A stretch of DNA of 64,000 bases from Trichoplax adhaerens (taxonomy: Eukaryota > Animalia > Placozoa). The notes under the pieces were generated by a model that saw nothing but the letters and a program-made list of their open reading frames with translations, made no database searches and was not told where the DNA came from. Each line of letters begins with the position of its first letter. The first letter of the stretch is position 1. Both the position numbers and the translations under genes were made by a program. This document shows, piece after piece, positions 1 through 11,833 of this stretch. The stretch covers positions 2,756,462 through 2,820,461 of the forward strand of contig NW_002060943.1 in the NCBI RefSeq assembly GCF_000150275.1, given 5' to 3'.

Positions 1-141
1 TTAACTGGCTAATTTCCATCAGATATAGTTTTCTTTATAAATTACAATGATGAACGAATTTAGATATGACATATTATTATGGTAAATTGACTATCTCACA
101 CTGCTGACGATACCCTGTTTATCATTAAAAATCGCTACTAG

Positions 142-411
142 GCGGACTACTTTCTCTACTGTTACATACACCAAATATCAGCCTTTCCTATCGATAAAAA
201 GGCCAACTGGCCTAAAGATTATACAAAGGAATTAATGAAGCTAGCCAATTGGTGTCTAAGACATAAATATGAAGATCGACCATATATGAAGGAGGTTAGT
301 AGGGAGACTATCCAAGGTTTGATTTTGCCGTAATGATTACTAGATGAGCTTATATTATCTATTTATAAGGTGATTGAAAAGCTTTCAGAAATCGCTTCTA
401 AGACAAAATGA
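142..411 (+). CDS. K0: last two coding exons of a Pelle/IRAK-family K-type kinase gene (5' part lies upstream of the window)
   Basis: Exons 142-294 (ADYFLYCYIHQISAFPIDKKANWPKDYTKELMKLANWCLRHKYEDRPYMKE) and 370-411 (VIEKLSEIASKTK*) have AG/GT boundaries. The 153-nt exon has the same size and FPID...WP...LA.WCL...RP motif as exon 8 of K1, K2 and K4. Catalytic motifs are not visible in the window. Confidence 0.85.
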
Positions 412-1144
412 TTATCATGGTAATTATAAAAAATGAATGATTGCAGTAGCTGAAGAATTTACTCGAATAATTAAAATTACTAAAGAATACAAAATGATCT
501 TTAAATCATTCAAGATTGAAATAATTATGATTTTTTTGTCATATATCAGCGGTGCAAATAGCTTCCGAAGTGTGGCAATTAATTAAATATTGTGTCATCA
601 ATGATTTACTTTTATCGAGTAATTAATCATATGTTAACACCTAGCCATTAATAAACTATTATTAAATGTCGTAGAAAGTGTGTTGTGATTGTTGCAATAT
701 TCAATAAGTAGACTTGGCTATGAATTTATTATTGCTTGCACCAATGAAGTTTGTGAGGCTATATAAAAGCCTCAAAGTTCTTAAGAATCAAAATTTTATT
801 CTAAAAGCTACTTATTAAAATGACCGATTAAACTCACAACTTGCAATCTACTTCTAACAACTGATAACATTCTGCTATCGACTAACTTGTTAAATTCCTC
901 AATCAACGTGAGTATTCTATCGTCTAAGACTCGAATCTGAGTTGGTAGATTAAAGAGTGCGTAGAGTTAGTTGCTTAGATAGTTAAGACTACTTTTGACG
1001 AAAGAATCTAATTAATTTTTGTCGTACAATCTCGGTTATGACATCGAGATAACGTAATTAATGAAGAGCTATGATAGAAACTGCATCGATTCAATGATAC
1101 GATGTGATATATTTTAATCGCTAAGTAGTAACTGAGGGTATAAA

Positions 1145-4100
1145 TTAGTCTTGGCTACTCTTTTGTTTCCATTTATCCAATACTTGCTTACATTTGGTAA
1201 ACACCTAAAAGTCAGGCAGGTAAATGGATTTGATGAGTAAAGTTGCTTTGTGATTTCCTGTAGAAGCCTTATTTTAATATTAATCAAGTCATACCAGTTC
1301 AATTTGGGGTCGTTCTTTGGCATTTTCAGCAAGGCACGCAGCAGATAAAGTAAGTAGTACTTTTCTTGGGCGATAAATATTAAGATAGTTAATATTTTTC
1401 TTCCATTTTATTCCTATATCCTTGAGGTATTTCCAGTTTTTGTAAGAAGTATTCAACAGATAATCTTTCTATTGATGAGATGAAATACGATATGCAATAA
1501 ATTAATATAACTAAGATAAAGACGGAGATGTACAAAAAATTTGTTAATTTTGCAAACACAATGAAAATTAAAAGAACTAACCAGTTGAGTTGGTTTCCTA
1601 TTGCTATCATAAATCGCCTTCCCAGAAACTACAACTAAACAGATCTAATTGAAATATGAAGCAAAAAGGAGTATTGATTAGATCTTATTACGTGTAATTC
1701 AATATATTCAAAGCTTAATCGCATTTCTTACTGCTCCAAAGCTGTATATATCGTTAGAATAATCGATCATTCCACGTAGGGCTTCCTCGCAAAAATAGCC
1801 AATCTTATCGACTTTGGAAGATTGAGCTAGCTGAATGTTCTTAGAACAATTTACCTGTATACATCCATCGGCCAGTTTTGCTGTTCCATTTTCGTTTATC
1901 AAAACATTTGTGCTGTTAGATAAAAGGAAAATTTTAATTATCCTACTAAATTCAAGTTATGGAGGAAATGATCTGGTTTACAGTAATCCACGCTAAATAG
2001 AGCAAGTTATTACTAAGGATACTTCCTAATTGATGTGCTCAGCAGTGGTGGCAAAAAATACAACCACTGACTACTAAAGTGAAACTAAATTAATGCATCT
2101 TAGTAGTCCATGATAAAACATTATTGAATACTTAGGTTAGTCGTATATCGTTTCATTTCACTAGAATTATAGGCTTAATGCTAATATGCCGTATTTGCGC
2201 TGACACTACAGTTACCTAATCATCTTGCAGATACAGTTAATACACTGTAGATGGCAAGCATTAGTACTACATTAAAACATTATACTAAGAGATTCAATGA
2301 AGCTCAAGGAAAAACATCGAAAAGTAATTACGAATAAATAAGAATACGCTAATCGTTATTTACGGCAATAGAAAATATTTATGTATAATGATTGCAAGTA
2401 GGCTATAGACTTTTATCATTTTAAATTGTTATAAACTAATTGATATTTAAGTAAAGTGCGTGATCCTTTCGTAAGGGTTAAGAATAAATATTGGACAGTC
2501 ATTACGAGTGGATATGATTACATTAATTATTATTTACAACACTAGCAAATAATAATGCTTAATACTTGCTAATAAACAACTGATTTTTACCATTTTAAAT
2601 TATTGTGAACTAGTTCATAATCGTGTATATAGCGCAATCCATTTGCTATATCAGATAGTATGGATAATCGTGTTCCACACTCAGGCAGCTTATTATCCTA
2701 AAATAAATCAAAGCCTCTATAATCAAATCATGGAGCTTTGTATCAATAGTAAAATAAGTTACAGTCGATTCAATAACATCATAATATTACTTTTAATAGC
2801 TCGTCAAGCGATAGATTTAGGAATTCTAGAAGTAAACCTCCAGGATCTGGGTAATAGTCATAGACGACCCTTATATTTCCATGCCTTAGTCTACAGTAAA
2901 TAAAAATTTTGTCGATGACGATGTTATAATAGGAATGGTAAAGCATTCTTGGTATATGTACGAATAAAATGTAGTCGATACAAAGTAAAAAGGGTGACAA
3001 GCCTGGGCATTATTTCAAGCTTTCATAGTATTCTGATATTTAATCTATCACAGAGCTTCTATAGCTTACCGTTTTAAGTCATTAATGACATTCAGGTTAT
3101 CGCCAAGATACTTACACATAGCCTAACAAAAGTTAAGAAACGATATCAAATAATATTGAAAAGAATGTGTAGAGATGAATATTTACTGTAAAAACTTGAT
3201 CTATATTTGCAAAAAATTTAATGATAGAGAAAATTTTATATTGCCATTTGAAATAAATAAAATAGTTTTCAATTTAAAAGTATATCAAGTAGGCTATTAA
3301 GAAAACAAAGCTTTATCTGATATTTTAAGTAGTGATGTAGGTAACTTCAAATCAATGGATGCATTAATACTTGCTAGCTAAATGAAGGCAAAACTTTCAA
3401 TACTTGGAGTTTTAAGTCAACTATATATCGAATTGAAAGCGCTAGAAAACAGTATCATTTTAAATCGATTCCGTATATTGATAGAGCTGTCAATCGTTAA
3501 GCAACATTAAAGGCTTAAAATCGATGCCCCCTGTAGCCATGGTCAAGATATTGGTGCTAGACTTGAGTGCATAATGGAGTAGCGTTTTCAAAGATATCAT
3601 ATTGAGACATTAAAACAGTCAAATGCTATTACAGTGGCGTTTATATAGTTTAAATGGTCTAAATTTGCTACTATAATATTCAATGGTCACTTTAAGTAAT
3701 AAAATATTTTGTAGGCTACATGGGGAAAAAATTAATGAGTGGCTGTTTCAGAATAGGGAAAGAAAGACCACTTTATTACACTGCCTTAAGTTAAAGCTAA
3801 ATCAATTCTTAGTTCATATAGCTAATTCAATCTCGATTATAGAAAAGAATAGAAAAATTATCTATTTTAAGACATTCTAATTGGCTTGAAATTTAATCAT
3901 TATGAACATAATCAGATTGATGCGACGTTAAAACTATTTTAGTAGCTGATCAAATTTATCCTTGTAAAATTCAAGATAAAGATGAAATAAAACGAAACAG
4001 TATATATATATAGTGATCAATTAGAAGTCAATCTTATCAAAACGAGTCTATTTTATACGCAAAAAGATTCATCTTACTTCAATAAATGACATACCTCATC

Positions 4101-4718
4101 CTTCCATTTCTTAAAAACGTAAGGCTGCTTGTTTGAAACGATTTTGTAAGAAGTGCTCAATTTACCTGACCAACCATTGCTGTTGCTCATACAATTTTCA
4201 ATTATCTTCAGGATAAAATAAGTAGCAAAATAGATAGAAATTGATTATACTGTCAAGAGATTTTATTTTAGTTGATTGTATGTAAATAATTTGATTTTTA
4301 TAGTTCATCGACAACAGAGACTTACTGATTGCATTACGGCCCTTTCATTATTACCAGGATTGCTTCTACTAGAAGTTAGCAAAATGTTACTGGCTATACT
4401 AGGTTGAGAGGTTTGAGCAGAAGAGGATGATTTCCTAGGCTATAACGTTACAAAATAAAACTACAATCAATCAAGAAAATCTCTTTATGTAGCAACAACG
4501 GCGATGATGTATTTACTCACTAACTAAGAAAGTTTAAGGTACGAGTGCTAACTTAATTTAACCATTTTAGATTGTAATTTTCCGCTCAATGGATTAATTC
4601 GGAGCCAGTTATAAGTAAAACACTCAAAAAGAATTATCCAATTTTGAAATTTATTTGCTGTACTTACAAAACAACAGCAGGTTTTAACTTGTTTGTCATC
4701 AGATTGACTCTCACCCAT
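1145..4718 (-). CDS. P1: Pelle/IRAK-related pseudokinase, about 337 aa, 10 coding exons, with N-terminal myristoylation/palmitoylation motifs
   Basis: Exons 4718-4668, 4439-4326, 4205-4095, 3122-3070, 2890-2791, 2697-2591, 1912-1732, 1644-1582, 1468-1295, 1204-1145 are all GT-AG and in phase, with no stops. Starts MGESQSDDKQVKTCCCF. Motifs: GWSGKLSTSY (Gly-loop), YVFKKW (beta3 Lys), LRHGNI, VHNNLKCTNVL (HRD to HNN), KLADGC (DFG to DGC), GYFCEE, NDIYSFG, CLAENAKERP. Confidence 0.88.
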
Positions 4719-6125
4719 GGCTGTCCTTCACCGATTGCTAAAGTAGTCAGCACTTAGGATTATCGCATTAAAAAATTAATAAGTCTACTTAGATGTCGAC
4801 TATTACTGTAGTAAGTAAACAGCAATCGGTCTTCCGATCGATACTTCAAAGCAGGTTATTGTTTAGATTAAATAATTTTGCGTCTATGAAGTACAATAGC
4901 AATCGAAATAAATGTCCCTATGGCACAACTTTGCTATATCAGCTAATTTTATGGGTCTTTCTTCACTCTAGCTAGCATAGGCATGTTTATACCACTGGCT
5001 AGATTGGTCAAGCTTTATGATGGCTTTCTTTAGTTATTGGTCTAGTTAAGACGCCATCCTTATAGGATGATACAGTTTTTGTAAGTCTAGGCGAGCGAAT
5101 AATCACAGTGATTGACAAGGAGATGAGACTTTTGCCCTTAACTCGAGAGTCGATGATTTACTCGCTAGCAAGCTTGTGGTGGAGTTCTGGGAAACTTGCT
5201 TATGATATAACAATGTCCCCTTGTTTATAACAATACCAGAACATTTTATGGAATGTTAGTAATGTAGAGACTATGAATAGCAGTCAGTGATTATTCTTAG
5301 CGTCCAACAAAAACAATCTACTGTCTACTATCCCAATTTTTGAAATATAAGAATATTATAGATGAAAGTAGAGAATTAATAAAGTAACTAGCATTCCAAA
5401 TTTCCAATCAGCCTTTATTGATTAATTTAGAGTCACTTTTTTGCACTTCTATTAATTCATAGCCAATCCATTTTTATACAGATTAGCCCATCTAGTTCCA
5501 ACTTAATTGTGGTCTTCCTTTCAATCACTTAATAATAAACTTGAAAGGTCTCTTGATGGGCTCTCTAATTATTATGCCTGCGGCCATATTATTCTCCTAC
5601 TGTGACTTTGTAGCGGGCAATAAAACCTTTTGTCTCTCTAAACTCTCTATGAGTTCGGCAAGACTTATCAAACTGCAGTTTCTGTACTAACAAGATAATT
5701 CTTTCAGCTTATAACGCCTAGAGCAAATTATCCATTGACATTTTTCACGGTTTATTAGTAAAGTTAAAAGGTAGGTAAGAAAGTTAATAAACGCACTTTA
5801 AATAATGCTTTCGGGTGGTTCCGGTTGCATGTAATTTTAATTGTTTACTTTAATTATTGATACAGTTGATTTGATGTAAATTTCACTAATCAAGGCGTTA
5901 TTGAACGCACTCCAAATTTAAAAAATTTTTTTCTAGTATTGCAGGTAGTCTGTTCTATCTAGCATTGTAACTAGAATGATATTTTGTCAGCTTCCTGCTG
6001 CAATTTGATAGATAATGAATTGTTTAATAATTACAATTAATCCTTTGCAGGTTTTTAGGCAAAACTGAAATTGATCTCCGATCTGGGCCTTATTTTAGTA
6101 TTACTTTACCGAGTTAGAAAAGAAA

Positions 6126-9100
6126 ATGGGAAACGGATGTTCATGTTTTAAGAGTCAGGTAAATTGTAGACTACAGAGAGTTCTGGTTGTTTGTCTGATA
6201 GCTATTTGTGAAGATCAATTACTGCTGTCACATACATAAAATGCGGTACTTAATTAATCTTAGAACATAAAGTTAAATTTTCTTTCAATCTCTATGCTTA
6301 CTTGATTGCAATTGAGACCATGTAAAATGATTAAATTACTTAGGAACGGGAATTATTGCCAACAGTTGGAGATTCGAGCTTTGCAATACAACCTAAGGTA
6401 TTACATTCTGTTAATGCTTACAGGATAGCGCTGGATATTTGTAACTATTTAAGGACGAACCATTATAGAATTATTTCCATCAAATTGTGCATTTAAGATA
6501 GTTAAACTTGTTCTAGGATGTAAATAGGGCAACAAATAACTTTTCTGATGAGTACAGGATTGGTAGAGGCGGTTTTGGGGAGGTCTATCGAGCTGATTTG
6601 GATCAACATGGCCACGTCGCTATCAAGCGAATTAAAAAAGATTTAGTAAGCAGCTTTTGAGGTTCATTGCAGTGTCTAAACTATCAGTATTTTATGATTC
6701 AGCAATATCAATTATAAAACGAATCAAGATTAGTAATTTGCTTATTTTAATCATCTGCTTAACATTTATTCAATAATCTAATGCTGATGCACTGAAAGTT
6801 ATCGATGGAAGATGAACGAGAATGTAAACTTCTATCTGAGTAAGAATTAATTACAACACTTGTATACTGAAAAATACACTACAGTAAATATAGTAAAGAC
6901 AGCTTATAAAATGTAAAGTAGAATCGATTTATCAAACGATCTTCCTTCAGAATTGCATCTATATTACACTAGAAGTTAGCATATGATTAAACCGATATAA
7001 TACTGCTTCTACATTCAGTAAGTTTCTATACGGTAGTAATTCGATGGTTACTACTTACTTCTAGCTATCAACATCCTAATCTCGTTCGATTTCATACTGC
7101 GTTGGTTGTTGATAAGCACCTGTGCATAGTTATGGAGCTTGTAGCAAATGGCAGTTTAAGAATAATGCTGAAAAATGAGGTAAAATCTTTTTTGCGATAT
7201 TAAAAGTATCTTCGTAAAGGTATCTCTAGGCTACTCCAACTTTATTTAATGAAAAATATGATGATGCTGTTCAAGTTCGAAATTTTGAATAAAATTAACT
7301 ATGGCTGTGATGTATTAACTGTTTCATGTAAACCATTTCGTTACGATCATTTTCATTTATATCAGTTCTTGTTCACATTCCAATGGAAACGTTATAATTG
7401 CTAAAACTTTATGAATTTCAGGGTGGAAATCTGGATTATAAAATCAGATTAAATATTTGCAAAGGCATAGCCAAAGGAATCAATTATCTTCATACAGCAT
7501 ATAGCACACATCTAGTACACAGAGACATAAAAACCGATAACGTATTGCTTACGGAAGACTACACGGCTAAAATATGCGATTTTGGTCTTGGAAAAATATT
7601 ATGTCAAAAATTTAATAGCGAAACCGTTATAACTAGCCACATATGTGGAACTGAAGCATATTTACCTCCAGAAGCTCTCCAAGGAAAAGTATCACGTCGT
7701 CTTGATATCTATAGCTACGGAGTTGTACGTATATATAATTATAAAAGTACGGTATAGAATCAATGCTATAATGGCTTGCAAGACTCATTTTTTTCATCAT
7801 TTTCTGGCAGGTATTACTTGAGATTCTATCGGGAAAATCACCTCTTTACAATGGTAGTGAAAAATGTCGTTTCTTGGTTAGTCCATATTCAAGTGCTACA
7901 TGAATACCATAGCATTGGATTATGTACACTGACATAAATATTGTATAGCTAGCCTATAATTTACATTTCAAAATGCAATATATTTTGGCATATATAGCAC
8001 TCATCATTATGAAAGCTCTCCTATTAGTTCGATTTTAATGGCCATATGCTATAAATCAATTACAGTGCTCGTATAAATGAAGAAGCTCTAGAATTACTGC
8101 TAATAATTACCATACCGAGAAATTGATTTGATATTTTGAGATGATGAAAATCGAAATCGACTTAACTTTAGACGCTCGAGTTCATTAAAAAAAACAAAGG
8201 ATTTGAGATTGATTCGTTGAAAAAATTAAATCAAAGACCTTCAAACTATATTTTATTTCAAAATATTTTTACTTCAATTCAACAATAGATAAAGTACTCA
8301 TATCTATATACTCGTAGATCTAGTGAATCTACTTAAGATTGCTACCGTTCTTGTTTTGAAATTAAGTACTTTTAAGAGCCCGTAAATATCGACAAACTAC
8401 TTGATAGTGGAGTTTGACAAGTATTTGTTACCTTTTCATACAGCAAAATGAATGCAGAAAATTTTTATAGTATTTTTAATAATCAAGGTCAAATTACTTT
8501 ATCTCTCCTACTAATTTATTATTGCCAAGTTACCATAATCTGAACGGTCAATACTAAATACTGTTAGAGAAGTTCAGTTTAATCCTAATCATATTTGCTA
8601 CGAATCATAAACTTATGTTAAGTTTCAAGCAAGAAAAATATCTCAGAAACTCTTATAATATTTATCAGTGCTCCATCGCTTAATTTTATCTATCATATAT
8701 TTAACCGATGATTTTTCCATTAGATATGATATGTGCTTGATAGGCTAAAATAATAGATAAAATTTAGACAAATGTTATAACAATATTGATAAATTGATTA
8801 TTCTAAAGTGCGTACATAATCCTTTTGAAATCATTATTAGGTTGGTCTATTTCATCTTCACTATAATCACAATAGAACCGCGTTTCCAATCGATGAAACT
8901 GCCAATTGGCCTAATGATTATAAAAGGGGATTAATGGAGTTAGCCAAATGGTGTCTAAAGACTAAATATAGAAAGAGACCTTTGATGAATCAGGTCGGTA
9001 GCAAGAATAGCTTAATTATTATACGGTACGTTCGATTTTATATAGATCGATTACTGAGTAAAATCTAAATTTTTATTTTATACGGTAAGGTGATTATCGA

Positions 9101-9137
9101 ATTAGAAAAAATCTTTTCCAGGAATGTTTGCGCGTAA
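6126..9137 (+). CDS. K1: catalytically intact Pelle/IRAK (RLK/Pelle family) kinase, about 313 aa, no death domain, predicted N-myristoylated/S-acylated
   Basis: Exons 6126-6158, 6344-6397, 6517-6645, 6799-6839, 7065-7179, 7422-7724, 7811-7876, 8841-8993, 9090-9137. Starts MGNGCSCFK. Motifs: ATNNFSDEYRIGRGGFGEVY, VAIK, HPNLV, NGSL, HRDIKTDNVLL, KICDFG, GTEAYLPPE, DIYSYGVVLLEILSG. Confidence 0.92.
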
Positions 9138-9380
9138 TTTCTTGAAGGATAGCCAATGATGGACATTTTTAAAAGCTTTTAATTTGCTTACTTGATCCTG
9201 AGGATGAACTAATGCTACATCTCCGCATGGATTAAAAATCAAATTTAGTTGATCGCAGAGTATCAGCTGGTTAAATGTGGGCAGTATCAAACAATTTTAA
9301 GAGTTCAACTTCATAGATTGTACTAACAATAACCGTAGTGTACTACTTATTTGTATAATGTACATTTAACTATTCATACC

Positions 9381-10882
9381 GTGGAAATCTCTTATACTCT
9401 AGCTTGATTGTATCGTAGAACTATTGAATTAAGCTATTCTTAATAGTCATTCGTATTTTAGGAATAATTTCCCCTGCTGTGCTTCTTACATTATAAAAGC
9501 GCTAATATTGCATCTACCTCGTTAGTTAGTTCTGTTAGTTGCATAGTAAGCTTGTACGCTTTACGTATTCTACATTACTAAAGCTATTTGACTACTTACG
9601 TCGTTGTACACGCTATAACCTCACGTGGCTTTCCTCTACCACTAATTCCAATAAACTCTACTCTTCTCTGCTAATTTAACTCTGGTAATTTAATTGCAAT
9701 TATGACTGACCCTAAACCTTCCGAAATATCACTATAACAACCCAATACGAGATTGTTTCGTCGGAATTCTGACGACAATCGTAATTCTACTAGATCTATG
9801 ATGAATCAAATGGTCTTAGGTATAGGCTATCCAATGATATAAATATGATGAAATTGTCACTACAACTATCCTAATGTATTAAGTATTGATAAAACCAGCC
9901 ATAAATTATACTATAGATTACATTATGATTAGACAACTATCCACACTAGCTATTTAATTTACATTGTACAAGTGTGGATCTAACTATACAGATATTCATT
10001 TACAATTCATCATCATACTGTATGTTATATATATAAATATTTCTATAGACTAAATTGATCACTGTTTTACTATCTTCTAATTAAATTAAAAGATATTCGT
10101 ATTGCAACTTTTTACGCCACACGTATAAAAGCCCTTGGTTCTCAAGCCATAGATTAATCAAATAGGGTATAAACAAGCAGCTTTTAAGCATTTATGTCAT
10201 CTTTGACAACGTATATAATTTTTGCCCCCTATATTACTCCTGAATAATGAAAAAACGCGATGTACCTTTTCTACTGAGCTGAAGATGGCAAGATCGCGAT
10301 ACACTACCAAAGTGCAATTTTAAGATTTACTCGTAACTGAGTATCGAATTATACATTGTAAGCATACTGATAAACTGAACTATATAAATTGATTTCATAT
10401 CAATACCGAGTTGGCAACTGTAGTGTTTACTTCTAAATACGGTATAGTCTATTTTTAGTAAAAGTCAATTTCCACTAGATTGTAGCATAACTCTAAATAT
10501 GTATAATTTATATTTAACAAAATACTCTGTGGAAATCGCTTTGAATCTAGCTGAATTTATATCGTAGCCCTGTCTTAACATAGAAGTAACATATTCTTAT
10601 TAGTCATTTATGATTTCCTCCTGCTGTGCTTTATACATTATAAAAGCTATCTTCTTTCACCTATCTCGTTAGTTAGTTCTGCTAGTTACACGGTAAGCTT
10701 GCACGTTTTACCTATGCTACATTACTATAGCTATTCGACTAGTCACGTCGTTATACACGCTGTAATCTCACACGGTCTTTCCTTTGCGCTAATTCCAATA
10801 AACTCTATTCCTCTACTAAATTAACTCTGGTAATTTACTGTGATCATGACGAATCCACAATCTTCCGAAACATCACAGCAAC
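9381..10882. repeat. Diverged direct repeat of about 355 bp (9381-9738 and 10529-10882) between K1 and P2
   Basis: Collinear shared blocks such as cctgctgtgctt..tacattataaaagc, ctcgttagttagttctg, ctaattccaataaactcta and ttaactctggtaattta occur in both copies. Confidence 0.85.
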
Positions 10883-11833
10883 TTATTACTGAAAAAAAGG
10901 ATGTTCCTTATTTTACTTAAATGTCCTTGCATGTACTGTAGAAGTGATAATATAAGATGAGAAATCTTAATTTATGGTACTTTCGATTTTAGCAAAGTTA
11001 TAGAATATAGAGTGTATCTCGCTACTCATGAAAGTGTCTATAACAAATAATGAGTGACTATTATCCGATCGTAAGTTAATACTAACATTAAACATGAAAT
11101 GCATAAAACAATTATTAGGCTATAGTACCGCATAAATTGACATCCAAAAGCAATATCATCTTCTACACGACGATGAATTAATATTTATACTCGTAAGATA
11201 TGAGGAAATTGACTCAATATAATCTGCTCATAAATTTGATAATAAGTAATTTAATTTTCGGCAAACGCTGCTACAGTAATTAAAACTGAACTTAATTAAT
11301 TATTAACATGCAACATAACGTGAGCAGACTGCCGTATTGGCTTAATTTTTCTCAGGTCCAATTCATCACATGTTCGGTGCTAGAATTCATCTAACTTCTA
11401 TTTAAAGGTCTATCTACTTCAATTTCTGGCAACTAAAATACGAGAATTAATATTTAAAAATGCATTAAATTATATAATCTAAAGGAAGTTAGCTATCTAG
11501 CCGTTACGGTATTAGAATATGATGAAGATTGATCTATTTGCTAATTAGTACGCAAATTAATTAACTGACCATTTTTTTAAAGAATAATCATATTGCACAA
11601 AAACGCGATTTGTAATCTGCAAGGATCTGTTTCCGCTAACTATGTTGGCTAACTCATTTAACTTCTCTACTATTATTAAATCCCATCTCAGAAATGGTGA
11701 TTTTCAATCACATGTTGAAAAAAAAAATTGCCTGATGATAGATAGTGCTTAACTACAGATAGGACAAAGTCTACTTTGATTAAAATGACTGCATGTGATA
11801 GATTGTAATTACTAAGCGGAATATGAATAAAAA

